DNA from: the human T2T-CHM13v2.0 reference genome, Homo sapiens
Strand: one strand, 5' to 3'
Assembly (NCBI RefSeq): GCF_009914755.1
Contig: NC_060931.1
Length of the DNA: 64,000 bases
Shown piece after piece: positions 21,277 to 45,945 of this stretch (positions are counted from its first letter, which is position 1; each line of letters opens with the position of its first letter). Under the pieces are notes generated by a model. The model searched no databases, was not told where the DNA came from, and saw only the letters and a program-made list of their open reading frames with translations. The position numbers and the translations under genes are program-made.

Positions 21277-21474
21277 GCCTCTAATTGAGGCCTGGCCTCT
21301 GCTGTGGGTGAATTTCTGTACTGGAAGTGAGTGGGGCTCCTTTTACGTTTCTTTAACACCACCCTCTCGGTTTCTCTCCCACATGTGCTGCTGCCCTACT
21401 TAAGGCCTCCCCATCTCCGTGGAAGTCTCTCTGCTGTCTCTTTTCCTCTCTCAGCTCCTTGGGGCTTTCCTTAG

Positions 21475-21949
<475 letters not shown>

Positions 21950-22015
21950 TCAGTAACCACTTCCTAGGGTATTTTAACATGCCATCACTAAATCCCCATG
22001 CACCTCCTTCCCCAG

Positions 22016-22121
22016 CTCCACGACCACGCTGCTTACTTAGTAGACAACCTGTGGGACTGTGCAGGGACTCAGCTGAAGGACTGGGAGGGTCTGACAAGCC
22101 TGCTGCTGGAGAAGGACCAGA
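22016..22121 (+). pseudogene. STAG3-like exon ([35 protein letters not shown])
   Basis: 106 nt; acceptor cag; donor reads gcacgt (non-GT). Confidence 0.85.
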
Positions 22122-22294
22122 GCACGTGCCACATGGAGCCAGGGCCAGGGACCTTCCACCTCCTAGGGTGAAACCAGGAGAGATTGCTTGCTTCACTTGT
22201 ACAAGGCAGGAACGGTGGCATGGGGTGGGGGAAACTTGGAGTTGGAAGGTGGCTAATCTTTGATTCTATGTTTTTGATCCTCCTGGCACTCCAG

Positions 22295-22353
22295 ACCTGG
22301 GTGATGTGCAGGAGAGCACACTGATAGAAATCCTTGTGTCCAGTGCCCAGCAA
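22295..22353 (+). pseudogene. Truncated STAG3-like exon (LGDVQESTLIEILVSSAQQ) fused to the middle of an Alu
   Basis: Homology stops at 22353 and runs directly into the Alu sequence CTCCTGCCTCAGCC. Confidence 0.85.
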
Positions 22354-22804
22354 CTCCTGCCTCAGCCTCCCGAGCAGCTGGGACTACAGGCGCCCGCCAC
22401 CACGCCTGGCTAACTTTTTTGTATTTTTAGTAGAGACGGGTTTTCACCGTGTTAGCCAGGATGGTCTTGATCTCTTGACCTTGTGATCCACCTGCCTCAT
22501 CATCCCAAAGTGCTGGGATTACAGGCGTGAGCCACTGCGCCCAGCATGTTAGACAATTTTTAATTCATCCTCTCTGTGCTGTTGTTTTCTCAGCTGTGAA
22601 AGGAATATTCTGGTGGGGACAAGGTTACAGAGTTGCTGAGAGGGTCTCATGACATGAAGGTACTGGCCTTGGCACAGTGCCTGGGGGGGCGGGGACTCCG
22701 CACATGCCTGTGATGTCACAGTTACTGTCAGTTCACAGTGAACCTTCCCTCCTTTTCCTGTTGACTTTCCCACACTCCTGTAACCCTCCCTCCCTCCCTT
22801 CTTC

Positions 22805-22827
22805 CTCTCTCTCTCTCTCACTCACGC

Positions 22828-22865
<38 letters not shown>
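22805..22865. repeat. (CT)n-(CA)n microsatellite
   Basis: Direct reading. Confidence 0.95.
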
Positions 22866-22867
<2 letters not shown>

Positions 22868-22885
22868 CATTCACTGTCTCCATGA

Positions 22886-23065
<180 letters not shown>

Positions 23066-23108
23066 TGAGTAGCTGTGATCATAGGTGCCCGCCACCACAC
23101 CCGACTAA

Positions 23109-23309
<201 letters not shown>

Positions 23310-23507
23310 TAAAAAAAAAAATTAGAAAATTAGGCCGGGCGTGGTGGCACATGCCTGTAATCCCAGCACTTTATGAGGCCGAGATGGGAGGATCACCTGA
23401 GGTCGGGAGTTCAAGACCAGCCTGACCAATGTGGAGAAACCCCGTCCCTACTAAAAATAGAAAATTATTTGGGTGTGGTGGTGCATGCCTGTAATCCCAG
23501 CTACTCA

Positions 23508-23612
<105 letters not shown>

Positions 23613-24051
23613 TTAAAAAAAAAAATTAAAAATTATATTCGGGCCGGGCTTGGTGGCTCAATCCTATAATACCAGCACCTTAGGAGGCCAAGGCAGGAGG
23701 ATCACTTGAGGCCAGGAGTTCAAGACTGGCCTGGGCAACATAATGAGAACCCATCTTTACCAAAAAAATAAAATTACATTAAAAATTAGCTGGGCACGGT
23801 GACGTCTGCCTGAGGTCACATTCAAGAAGCTGATGTGGGAGGATCGCTTGAGCCCAGGAATTGGAGGCTGCAGTGAGCTAAGATCATACCACTGCACTTC
23901 AGCCTGGGCGTCAGAGTGAGACCCTGTTTCTAAAATAATAATAATTTTAAAAAATGATATTTATGGTTGCATTGGGAAAAGATCAATCTATTAATATACG
24001 TGAAGACATTTTTGGCCTAAAAGTTATATATATTTTTTCCTTCTGATTTTA

Positions 24052-24210
<159 letters not shown>

Positions 24211-24940
24211 TCACACGCCTCTAATCCCAGCTACTCAGGAGACTAAGGCAGGAGAATCGCTTGAACCCAGGAAGCGAAGGTTGCAGTGAGACCAGATCGC
24301 ATCATTGTACTCCAGCCTGGGCGACAAGAACAAAACTCTGTCTCCAAAACAATAACAACAGCAAAACAAATGAATAAAACTCATTATATTCATTTGCTTT
24401 TATTTATTTATATTTAACTTTATTATTATTATTATTATTTTGAGACAGAGTCTCATTCTATCACCCAGGCTGGAGTGCAATGAGGCAATCTCGCCTCATG
24501 CAACCTCCATCTCCCGGGTTCAAGCAATTCTCCTGTCTCCTCCAGGTAGCTGGGGTTACAGGTGTGCAGCACCACACCTGGCTAATTTTTTTATTTTTAG
24601 TGGAGATTGGGTTTCATCATGTTGGCCAGGCTGATCTCGAAAGCCTGACCTCAAGTGATCCGCCCACCTTAGGCTCCCAAAGTGTGGGGAGCCACCGTCC
24701 CGGCGTATTATTACTTTTAGAGACGAGGTCTTGCTTTGTTTTCCAGGCTGGAGTACAGTGGCTCAATCATAGCTCACTGCAGCCTCAAACTCCTGGCCTT
24801 AAGCAATCCTCCTACTTCAGCCTCCCAAAGTGCTGAGATTATAGGTGTGAGCCACTGCACCTGGCCTCTCTATTCTCTCCTTCCTCTTTCTAGAATTTCT
24901 ATTAGGCGGATGTTGAATCTCCTGAATTAATCTCTAATTT

Positions 24941-25072
24941 TCTTCCCTTCCCTTTCCCTTCTCCTTCCCTTCCCTTCCCCTTCTCTCCCCTCCCCTCCCC
25001 TCCCTTCCCCTCTCCTCCCCTCCCTTCCCTTCTCTCCTTCCTTTCTCTCTCTCTTTCTCTCTTTCTTTCTTT
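24941..25072. repeat. Polypyrimidine (CCCTT/CT)n tract, an Alu tail derivative
   Basis: About 130 nt of almost pure C/T. Confidence 0.9.
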
Positions 25073-25439
25073 TATAGTCTCATTCTGTCACCCAGGCTGG
25101 AGTGCAGTGGCAGTTCTCAGCTCACCGAAACCTCTGCCTCCCGGGCTCAAGCAATTCTCATGTCTCAGCCTCCCAAGTAGCTGGGATTACGGGTGCACAC
25201 CACCACACCTGGCTGATTTATGTATTTTTTTCGTAGAGACAGGGTTTTGCCATGTTGGCCGGGCTGGTCTCGAACTCCTGACCTCGGGTGATCCACCCAC
25301 CTCAGCCTCCCAAAGTGCTGGGATTACAGGTGTGAGCCACCGTGCCCGGCCTTGACTACCATATTTTAAATTTACTGGAGGACTTTTTTGTTCTCTTCTT
25401 TTTTCTTTTTTTAATAGCATCCCGCTCTTATTTCAGAAT

Positions 25440-25790
25440 AAAAAAAATTTTAAGGTATGTTGAGTAAGAATCTATAGAGCAATGAAAATGCAAGAGCAAT
25501 AGCTATGGGCACCAAATGGTCAATCTTCTTATCATAATGTTGAGTGGAAGAAGCCAGGTCCACCAGACACATGCTGCTCATTTATGCAAAGTTTGGACAC
25601 AGGCAAAACAAAACTAGTTTGATCGTGATGGGAAACATTAGAGAAATGCAAAGACATGACCATCATAATTGTCAGGAGAAGGCATTGGTTAGGATTGGGA
25701 AGCGGCAAGCAGAAGCATTTAGGGATTGGCTGGCAATGTTTTACTTCTCGGCTGAGTGAGGGTTGCATCGGTGTTTATTTGATAACACGT
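25440..25790 (+). mobile_element. Old L1M-type 3' end fragment
   Basis: AATCT..CATAATGTTGAGTGGAAGAAGCCAG..CAC, TTTATGCAAAGTT..ACAGGCAAAAC pattern typical of L1ME/L1MB 3' ends. Confidence 0.55.
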
Positions 25791-26180
25791 TCTAGGGGCT
25801 GGGCAAGATGGCTCATGTTTGTAGTCTCAGTACTTTGGGAGGCCAAAGATGGGAGGATTGCTTGAGCCCGTGAGTTTGAGACCAGCGTGGGTGACATAGC
25901 GAGACCCTGTCTCTACAAAAAATTAAAAAAAAAAAAAAAAACCCAGCTGCGTGTGGTGGCACAGCCTCAAACTCCTGGGCTCAAGCGATCCTCCCTTGGC
26001 CTTCCAGCCACTCAGGAGGCTGGGGTGGGAGGATCGCTTGAACCCAGGAGTTTGAGGCTGCAGTGAGCTATGAATGAGCCACTGCACTCCAGCCTGGGCA
26101 ACAGGGCAAGACCCTGTCTCAAAAAAAAAAAATTTAATTTGAACACTTCTGTTTTGTGCAGTTTTCTCTGTTATATTTTA

Positions 26181-26629
<449 letters not shown>

Positions 26630-26891
26630 TCACATATAAACAAAATAGGAGTTTTCCTGTGCTTCCCTTAAATGGCATATGTATCTTTCACTCTTTTTTT
26701 TCACCTAGTGGATCTTTAATACCTTAAAAGCTCAACCTGGGCTTGGTGCGGTGGCTCATACGTGTAATCCCAGGCCTTTGGGAGGCCAAGGTGGGAGGAT
26801 CACTTGAGCTCAGGAGTTCCAGACCATTCCAAAGCAAAAACAAAAGGATTTTGAGATCAGTGTGGGCAACTTAGCAAAACACCATCTCTTA

Positions 26892-27122
<231 letters not shown>

Positions 27123-27739
27123 TCACACAGTATTGATGTATTACAGCTCAACTAAATTAATCCCAGTATCTAGCACTTGGGGTGGTGGGAAGGATTAAGG
27201 GAGATAATATAAGCCAAGTGCCCAGAACAAGGGCTTGGCACACCAGGCTCGCCTTGAACAATTTGTTTTTTTGTTGTTTTGTGTGTGTGTGTGTTTTTTT
27301 TTTGAGACAGCATCTCATTGCATCACCGAGGTTGTAGTGCAGTGGTGCAGTCGTAGCTCACTACTGTCTCAGACACCTGGGATCAAGCGATCCTCCCACC
27401 TCAGCCTCCGGAGTAGCTGGGACTACACATGCATCACCACACCCCACTAATTTTTAAATTTTTTGTAGAGACAGAGTCTCATTATGTTGCCTAGGCTGGT
27501 CTCAAACTCCTGGCCTCAATTAATCCTCCTCCCTTGGCCTCCCAAAGTGCTGGGATTACAGGGATGAGCCACTGTACCTGGCAGCCTTGAGCGATTTCTC
27601 ACCTCCTCATTGGCCCAGTTTCCTTATCTGTAAATGAGAGTAGCTGTAAAATATGGTTAATGTGAGGACCAAACGGGTCAATTAGGGAAAAGCAGTGTCT
27701 CTGCCAGCACCTGACACTTCTTTTTTTTTTTTTTTGTGA

Positions 27740-27841
<102 letters not shown>

Positions 27842-28602
27842 TGATTAGCTGGGACTACAGGTGCCTGCCACCACGCCTGGCTAATTTTGGAATTTTTAGT
27901 AGAGATGTGGTTTCACCATCTTGGCCTGGCTGGTCTTGAACACCTGAACTCAGGTGATCTGCCCACCTCAGCCTCCCAAAGGGCTGGGATTACAGGTGTA
28001 ATGGTTAAGGAGGCAAATCTTAAATAAAGGCCGGGCACAGTGGCTCACGCCTGTAATCCCAGCTACTCGGGAGGCTGAGGCAGGAGAATTGCTTGAACCC
28101 GGGATTGCAGTGAGCCAAGATCGCACCACTACACTTCAGCCTGGGTGACAGAATGAGACTCCGTCTTAAAAAAAAAAAAAAAAAAATTTAAATAAAATGC
28201 ATGCAATGTGGTCCAGGCGTGGTGGTGCATGCCTGTAACCCCAGCACTTTGGGAGATAGAGGCAGGTGGATCCCTTGAGCTTAGGAATTTGAGACTAGGC
28301 TGGGCAACATAGTGAGACCTCATCTCTAAAATTAAAAAAATAAAAGCCACCAGAAAAAAACCTAAAAACATGCCAAGTGACATCAGTCTTTGATGAAAAT
28401 GGCAGCAGAAGAGTGATGCCATGGGTGGGGGTGGGAAATGCTATTTCAGCAGAGAGGGAGCTGTCACGGAAGACACCATGTGGCTGGGCACGGTGGCTCA
28501 CACCTGTAATCCCAACACGTTGGGAGGCCAAGGTGGGCAGATCACTTGAGGTCAGGAGTTCAAGACCAGCCTGGCCAACATGGCAAAACCCCATCTCTAC
28601 TA

Positions 28603-29214
<612 letters not shown>

Positions 29215-30744
29215 TGAGTAGCTGGGATTACAGGCGCCCACCACCAAGTCCGGCTAATTTTTGTGTTTTTAGTAGAGATGGGGTTTCACCTTGTTGGCCA
29301 GGCTGGTCTCGAACTCCTTACCTCAGGTGATCCACCCACCTCGGCCTCCCAAAGTGCTAGGATTATAGGCTTGAGCCACCGCACCTGGCCCTTCAGAGAC
29401 CTTTGGAGCCAGAGGTGACATATCGATCTACATTTAACCCTCTGGGAACCAAGGAATGAAGGATTAGAGGAAACGGGGCCAGAAGTGGAGAGAAGGGGAG
29501 TGTGCATCGAACAGACAGGGAGTGTATTAAATAAATGAATGAGTGAATGAATGATCCATCCATATGGACACTAGCCTGTCAGTAAAGAAGAGTCTAGGGT
29601 CAGGGAGAGCTCAGCCCTCCTCAGGCCGCCCCCATGATGACATAGCCTTGGGCTAGGGGAAATCTGAGGTCAGGCCAGCTGCCTGGCAGGAGTTGAGACC
29701 CCAGAAGGAAGGTGGAGGGCAGGAACATTCCCCAGCCCCAGGGTGGGATCTCAGCCCAAGGAGATGGGGTTCCCAGGCCAGGGTCTGCCTTGGGCAGGCA
29801 GATGGGTGCCAGGTGGGCCCTGGGTCACCACTGGGGGCCAGCCCCAGCCCAGCGTCTGCCTCCCCCACTGCCCAGCCTCTGTTCATTCCCAGGTGGGACA
29901 GGGAGCCACAGCCCCCATCCCACCCCCTGCACAGAAGCCTTTTGACAGGCCGGCCGGCTGGCTGGGAGCACTGGCAGCCCCTCAGCCCCACGCCTCCTTC
30001 CCGCCCGGTCCCCATGCAGACCCCCCCACCTTCTGGGCTCCCAGTAGGCCCGGGTGGGGAGCCACCGCCCGAGCACAATGTAGCTCCTTGTTCCCCGCCT
30101 TGGCCTCCTGGAATTGGCCCATTTCCTGCCTGGGCCGTGGGGCCTTTTCCAAGGTAAATAAACAAATACAGAGAAGTTGGGGCCTGGGGTGGAAAGGGGG
30201 ATGCTGGGCTTTTCCTCCCTGCATCCCAACCCCATAGCAATAGCTGCTGTGTGACCACAGGGACCGGGACACCAAGGCTGAGCTCCCACACCCTGGGCTT
30301 CATTGATCCCTGGGAGAAGAGAACAGGATCCACTGGAGGGTTTGTGCCGCTCTGCCTCAGGGGCTGTGGTTCCCCATCCAGGACGCCCAGGGGCCACCGA
30401 TTCCTGCAGGAATTGCCTGAGTGCAGGGCTGGGACAGCCGCTGAGAGACAGAAAGGGCTCCAGGGTGGATGACAATTCCCTAGGCTCCCGTCCTGGCTGT
30501 GCCACCTTGGAGCACTATGACATCAGGAAGGAAATGAACCTCCAGCTGCAGAATGGCTCCAGAGGTGCTGCCTGCTTAGGGGGTGCATGGCCCTCGCCTC
30601 CAGTGTCATAAATGGGCCATTGCCTTCTCCCAGGTCGGTAGTGAGAGTGACAGCAGGTGCCTAGCAGGACCCCTGAGTTTGGGAGCCGGCCTGGCCAGGG
30701 CTTCTTCGGCTTCCCAGGGGCTGGGGAGAAGCCTCTCCCTGTGA

Positions 30745-30939
<195 letters not shown>

Positions 30940-31447
30940 TGAATTTTTAGTAGAGACAGGGTTTCACCATGTTGGCCAGGCTGGTCTCGAACTCCTGGCC
31001 TCAAGTGATCAGCCTGCCTCAGCTTCCCAAGGTATTGAGATTATAGGCATGAGCCACCGTGCCTGGCCAGGTTTCTTGTTTTTAAAAGGAGGAAAGAGCT
31101 GGGTGCAGTGGCTCATACCTGTAATCACAGCACTTTGTGAGGCTGAGGTGAAAGGATTTCCTGAGCCCAGGAGTTCAAGACCAGCCTGGGCAACATAGTG
31201 AGACCCTATCTCTATAAAACTAATAAAGACAAGATTAAGTTAAAATAAGGAAAGAGAGCAAGATAAAGCCCCAGCTCCAGCTCCCTCCAGGGCTGAAGTT
31301 TCGGACTGACCTCTGCCCAGACCATTCCACCCTCCAAGCCCAGCCCTGCCTGCCCTGGGCTGTGGGTATGAGAGAGCTCAGGGCAGACAAAACGCCCCTC
31401 ACACTTCTCCCTTTCTTTCTTCCACCTCCCTGTCCTCTATCCCGTAG

Positions 31448-32420
<973 letters not shown>

Positions 32421-32716
32421 CCTTGGAGATTCCTCCACTCCACTGTGGGAAGGGGCACCTTCTGAACCAACGTTTTGCATGTGTCTTCATCCCCTGCTTG
32501 CACTCCAGATCTTTCCTTCCTTCACTTAATCACCTGTTAGCATTTACCAAGTGCTTGCTCTGTCCTGGACGTTATACAATGAGGTGGCCCTGGACCCTGG
32601 GGTCTTGCTGTGTGTGGGCGGGGGTGATTTCCCAGGGATGGCTCTCAAAACAGGGACGTGAAAATGCATTTGGAGAGATCTTCAAATTCCTTGAGGATTT
32701 GAAATTTTCATTTTTA

Positions 32717-33321
<605 letters not shown>

Positions 33322-33441
33322 TGACAACTTTTAAAGATCCCATGACTGGTCACAGTGAGAACTCTCTTTTGCAGTCATCCTTTGCAATGATAATATATGC
33401 CTGTAAACTAAGGCTTTAATTTTTTTTTTTTTTTGAGATGA

Positions 33442-34139
<698 letters not shown>

Positions 34140-34415
34140 TCAATTTGACCTGGGGGTTCTGAAAGTCTCAGGAAAGGCAGATGGGGGAGGGCCCGAGGCA
34201 TCCACAGCTTTGAGTGTCCTGGTGTCTAAGCAGGAGCCATGGAGAAGGTGGGAGGTGTGAGTTAGGATCAGCTGGAGATCGGTGCTCTTTTGTCCAAGAG
34301 AATGAAGTTGTCTTCAGGTATGATTTGGTTTGGAAACAAGATAAAAGAGATTGGCCGGGCACGGTGGCTCAGGCCCGTAATCTGAGTACTTTGGGAGACC
34401 AAGGTGGGTGGATCA

Positions 34416-35162
<747 letters not shown>

Positions 35163-35906
35163 TTAGGGACAGATGGATTTTTTCTCTGGAATATTGACTT
35201 CAACCCAGCCACATGTGGATATGCTTAGAACAGCAGGGCTCAGTCTGAAATTGGGACCATATCTGTTCTCAAAACATGTGGATCCCTGAGGCCAGACACC
35301 AGGTGCCCGCCATTGGTGTCAGGGCCCTACTCCTCTCCCTGCAGTGCAAGGGGCCAGTCCTCAAGGCAGGGGTTCCTCCTCTCTGGACACACAGAGAAAG
35401 AGGAGGCGGGGAAACAGCAAGTGCCCAGGAAGGGTGAGGCCCCAGGGACTTGAAGCCAGCCCTCTGATAGCATCGCTGTTTCAGAGGAACACTAGCTACG
35501 AACGGGGCTCCCTTGCCAGTCAGTGCTCAGAGAGATAAGCTTACCTAGCAGGTCCTTCCTACAGCTGCAGCAATGATGCCTGGACTGTGTCTGCCCAGGG
35601 GTGGGTGGTGGAAGGTTCTAGGGAGAGGAGTTGGCACTTCCCTGGTGCAGCCCTTCCCTCTCCTCCCCAGCCCTGACACCACCACAGCCCCTTCGTCTTC
35701 TCTGTCCAGAACCTCTTCCCAGAGGCTCCCTAAGGAGACCGCGGAGTCTCCGCCTGGGGCTCTCACAGCCCCACACCATGTGGCACAGCCTAGGGTGTGA
35801 CCCCCTTGCCTGCCCTGCGTTTGCTTGGCTGGAGGGACAGGCCTTTCAATGACTCTGACAGTGGAGTAGGGGACCCACAATGGGGAGCAGCTAGCTCTGT
35901 CTATGA

Positions 35907-36188
<282 letters not shown>

Positions 36189-36543
36189 TGATCCGCCTGA
36201 CTCAGCCTCCCAAAGTGCTGGGATTACAGGCGTGAGCCACCACACCCAGCCAGGTCTGATGAGTTTTTAAGGTGAAATGGGAGTTTTTCAGGCTGTTGGG
36301 AAGTGGTGTCCCCGCTGTAAGCATGCTGGCCCCACATCTGCTTTGATGCTTCTCAGCCCAGGATGGTGCAGCAGCCTGCAAGGGTCTCCTCCATGGGTCC
36401 CCAGGGCAGCAGGGCCAGAGAATCCTGCCCCTCTTAAGAGAACAACTGGCTAGGCGCAGTGGCTCACGCCTGTAATTCCAGCATTTTGGGAGGCCAAGGC
36501 GGGCGGATCACTTAAGGTCAGGAGTTCGAGACCAGCCTGGTCA

Positions 36544-36896
<353 letters not shown>

Positions 36897-36914
36897 TCAT
36901 AATGAACTCGATGG

Positions 36915-37214
<300 letters not shown>

Positions 37215-37305
37215 CTACTTGGGAGGCTGAGGTAGGAGGATCTCTTGAGCCTGGAAGGTTTTTTTTTTTTTGGTGTTTTTTTGTTTGTCTGTTTTTTTAA
37301 ACTGA

Positions 37306-37604
<299 letters not shown>

Positions 37605-38090
37605 TGAGCCAAGATCACGCCACTGCACTCTAGCCTGGGTGACAAACTGACTAAATAAACAAATAAATAAATAAATAAATAAACTCTGGAAAACCCTATG
37701 GTCTACTCCAGTTCATGAAGCCTGGACCTGAGTCAAAGTGTGAGATACTGGCCCAGGCACAGTGGCTCATGCCTGTAAGCCTAGCACTTTGGGAGGCTGA
37801 GGCAGGAGGATCGCTTGAGGCCAGGAGTCTGAGACCAGCCTGGGCAACATAGCGAGACCCTGTCTTTATGAAAGAATTTAAAAAGGAAAAGAAAGAAAGT
37901 GGGAGGTATTGGTGTTAAGTCCATTCTTTATCAAGGAGGCGAAATTGTACATTTGAATGTCAGAAATCCACAATTGTCTCTTTTTCTTTGTGTTCCCTCT
38001 GTAGCAAATCGCAGTCTTCTCCAGGCTGACAAGGCGAAGGGCATGGCTTCGAAGTGCAAAAGAGTCATCATGAAACATCATGAATCATGA

Positions 38091-38369
<279 letters not shown>

Positions 38370-38635
38370 TGATCCACCTGCTTTGGCCTCCCAAAGTGCT
38401 GGGATTACAGGCGTAAGCCATTGCACCCAACTCACTCCCCACCTTAAAACCAAAAGCGCTCTGGCTCTCAATGGAGACATCAAGCCCTCCCTGCCCCTTC
38501 TCCCTCCCCTTTCAGAGAATCTCCAGGAATTTCTGCCATTGTGCAGGGAGCAATTGAAAAATCAGTTAGTTCAGCTGGGTGCAGTGGCTCATGTCTGTAA
38601 TCCCAGCACTTTGGGAGGCTGAGGCGGGCAGATTA

Positions 38636-38905
<270 letters not shown>

Positions 38906-38929
38906 TTAGTTCGATTATTAGAAGACTAG

Positions 38930-39615
<686 letters not shown>

Positions 39616-40007
39616 ATCAGATGAACCCTGAGGCCCCTGGAAGCTTCGAGTGTCTATGAGGGACCTTTCCCGGCCTTTCAGCCAAATTGGAAGACCCACT
39701 TCTCTGGACTGGATGCTGCATTGAATTGAGCAAAGGAACTGAGTGCCCGGGGAGCTCAAAGGGAAGCAGCCCAGCCTTCCTTCCGGGGCAGAGCAGTGGT
39801 GGGGACCTGTTTCCAGCTGCTTGTGCCCCCCACTTCATGGAGGAGGGACCAGGGATCCTCAGAGGAGAGGGTGATGTTTGACAGTGGCTGCCTGCCCTGA
39901 AAATCGCCCTTGTCTGTCCAGCCTGGCCTGAATTTCACCCACATCAACCCACATGGGATACTTTATTTATTTATTTATCTATTTATTTATTTATTTATTT
40001 ATTTTAG

Positions 40008-40385
<378 letters not shown>

Positions 40386-40406
40386 TGAATGCATCTGATA
40401 AACTCA

Positions 40407-41410
<1,004 letters not shown>

Positions 41411-41537
41411 GCTGGGTGAGGTGGCTCATGCCTGTAATCCCAGCACTTTAGGAGCCTGAGGTGGGTGGATTACCTGAAGTCAGGAGTTTGAGACCAGCCT
41501 GGCTAACATGGTGAAACCCCATCTCTACTAAAAATAC

Positions 41538-41568
<31 letters not shown>

Positions 41569-41744
41569 GCTGGGTGTGGTGGTGGAGGCTGTAGTCCCAG
41601 CTACTCAGGAGGCTGAGGTGGGAGGATCACGAGCTGGGGAGACGGAGGCTGCAGTGAGCTGAGATGGCTCCACTGCACTCCAGCCTGGGCAACAGAGCAA
41701 GACTCTGTGTCAACAAACAATAACAGGCCGGGTGCGGTGGCTCA

Positions 41745-42135
<391 letters not shown>

Positions 42136-42193
42136 CTATCAAATTTACTACTATATTGCTCACACCAGAAGTCCAAATATACACACAAATTAG

Positions 42194-42475
<282 letters not shown>

Positions 42476-43268
42476 TGATTCTCCTGCCTCACACTCCTGA
42501 GTAGTTGTGATTACAGGTGTGCCACCACGCCAGGCTAATTTTTGTATTTTTAGTAGAGATGGGGTTTCACCATGTTGGCCAGGCTGGTCTCAAACTCCTG
42601 ACCTCAGGTGATCTGGCTGCCTGAGTCTCCCAAAGTGCTGGCATTACAGGTGTGAGCCACTGCACTCGGCAGAAGGTTACTTTTGTAGATGGGGTCTCAC
42701 TATGTTGCCAGGCTGGTCTCAAACTCCTGGGCTCGAGCAGTCCTCCCACCTGGACCTCCCAAAGTGCTGGGATTACCAGCATGAGCCACTGTGTCTGGCC
42801 TAAATATATATATTTAAATAATTAGAATCATACATTTCCAAGACCCCCAATATGAACAGAAGCTCTGCAGAAAACAGTTTGAAAACCAGGCATCCAGCAG
42901 GGAGAACCTGGGCTTCCCATCACCCGCTTTTTCATTCCCACCCTAGCTCCCTCATGCTCCACAACTTGGGGACAAGTTAGTTGTTTTCTCTGAGCCTTCT
43001 TTTTCCCTTCTGCGGGGATAATCTTACTTGACTTCCCTGACCACAAGAGACTTGCCTGGGAACATGCATGGAAAGCTCTGTGATGAGCCCTGAGATGTTT
43101 GAAGTGAGAACTCTCCAAACAGCCACTGTGGGCATAATCTGGAAAATTCCCTCAGGTGTAACGCTCCTCTGCCCAGCAAGTGAACAAAGGGCTGACTGGT
43201 GACAGTTTCTGGACACTGTCGCAGGCTATTTAAGCCTGCAAGCAAGCATCAACACAGAGTAGGGTCTA

Positions 43269-43406
<138 letters not shown>

Positions 43407-43409
43407 TTA

Positions 43410-43622
<213 letters not shown>

Positions 43623-43759
43623 CTACCCGCTCTGGGAGGACAGCCCCCGCTGGCCACACCTGGTGACACCATTCTCTGACCAGCTCCGGGGAGGGACCCC
43701 TGGAGGAGGCGCCCACCCCTCCCTGCTGACCCCAATTTCCAAAAAGCCCATTCATTCAT

Positions 43760-44600
43760 CCCGGGGTTGGGGGTGTGGGGGTGGTCGGAGGAGGACCCCC
43801 CCATCCTGTCCTGCACCCCCAGTCCCCGGGGGGGCGCAGGATGGGGGACCCTTAGCAGCGGTGGCGACCCCGAGGAGGCCTGGGCACAGGAAGAAAGAAA
43901 GATATTTCTGTCTCCCTCCCCGCCTCAGGTTTCGCCCTTCCCTTCCCTTCCCGGGGACAATCCCGACCTTCACCGTCAAGGCCTTTTGCAAACACACACG
44001 CACGCACATGTATTTTTGGAAGAAGGGGAAAAATTCCAAGAGAACCTCCGCTGGGTTAAAAATGAAGATTATATTAAGAGTGAAAGGCAAGCGGGGCGGC
44101 TGGGGCGCAGACAGAGGCCCCTTTCATGCGCCCGGCCGCGAGCCGCGGGCCGCTGCCAACACAAACGCGGGCGGAACCGAACCCGCGGAGCGCCGGCCGC
44201 GCTGCCAGGCCCCATCCAGCCCGCCCCGGCTGGCGCTGCTCCGCGTTTCCGCTCTGCTGACGTGCAGGAATCGCGGGGCGGCCGGGTGGGCGGCGGGGAC
44301 CCCTGTGCGCCCCGAGCCCCCGGGTGGGGGCCGCACCACTGCCCGTCTCCCCTCCCTCTGCTCCTGCTCCGTCCGTTTTCTTCCAGGCCCTGGCGGATCA
44401 CGGGTGCCCAGGGGCTCGGAGGCCGCCTCCTCTGGGAAGCCTGCCCAGGTTCCGATGGACTCCCACAGGCAATACCCCTGGGCCTTCCTCGCGGCCCCTG
44501 TTGGCCCCAATTCCCCCACCCCCTGCAAGGTCTGTGCCTCTCCTGCAGCCCCGCCACCAACTAGGGCGAGAGGAGCTCGCCCCCACCCAAACGTATTGGT
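43760..44600. promoter_or_regulatory. Orphan CpG island
   Basis: Dense CpG/GC boxes at 44090-44420, with no recognisable coding exon. Confidence 0.7.
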
Positions 44601-45049
44601 TCGATGAAGGAAGGGCCCATGGTTCTGCCACTGGCCCTGGACACCCAGTGCTGGTTTCCCGTGGAAGTCCCCCTGGACTGAGTGGCGGCTGGGTGCTCTA
44701 GTGATTTGCGACCTGGGGCCTCTGACTCCCATCATGTTGGGAAAGTCGTTGAACCTCACCGGTGAAACGGGCACAGTGAAGTCATTTCCCCGAAGTCTCA
44801 GGACTCTGTGTAAGGCTGGGGACAGGGGCTTGTTGGGGCCTAAGGGCACCTTGGGAACTGCAGGAGCCCGTTCTGCCTCCATAAGACACTCACTCCTGGC
44901 AGGGTCCCCTCTCCGGGCACAGCCCAGATCCACCCCCATCATCCCTCTCCATCTGTGGCTCCCTGCCCCTCACAGAGGATTCATCACTCTGTTCAGAATC
45001 CCCAGGACTCCCTAGGGAAGGAGGTCCCAGCCTGGCCTCCCAAGACCGT

Positions 45050-45945
<896 letters not shown>

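Noticed and set aside
29653-30611. 226-aa and other overlapping ORFs
   Set aside because: GC-rich and stop-poor in several frames, with no domain similarity or exon structure.
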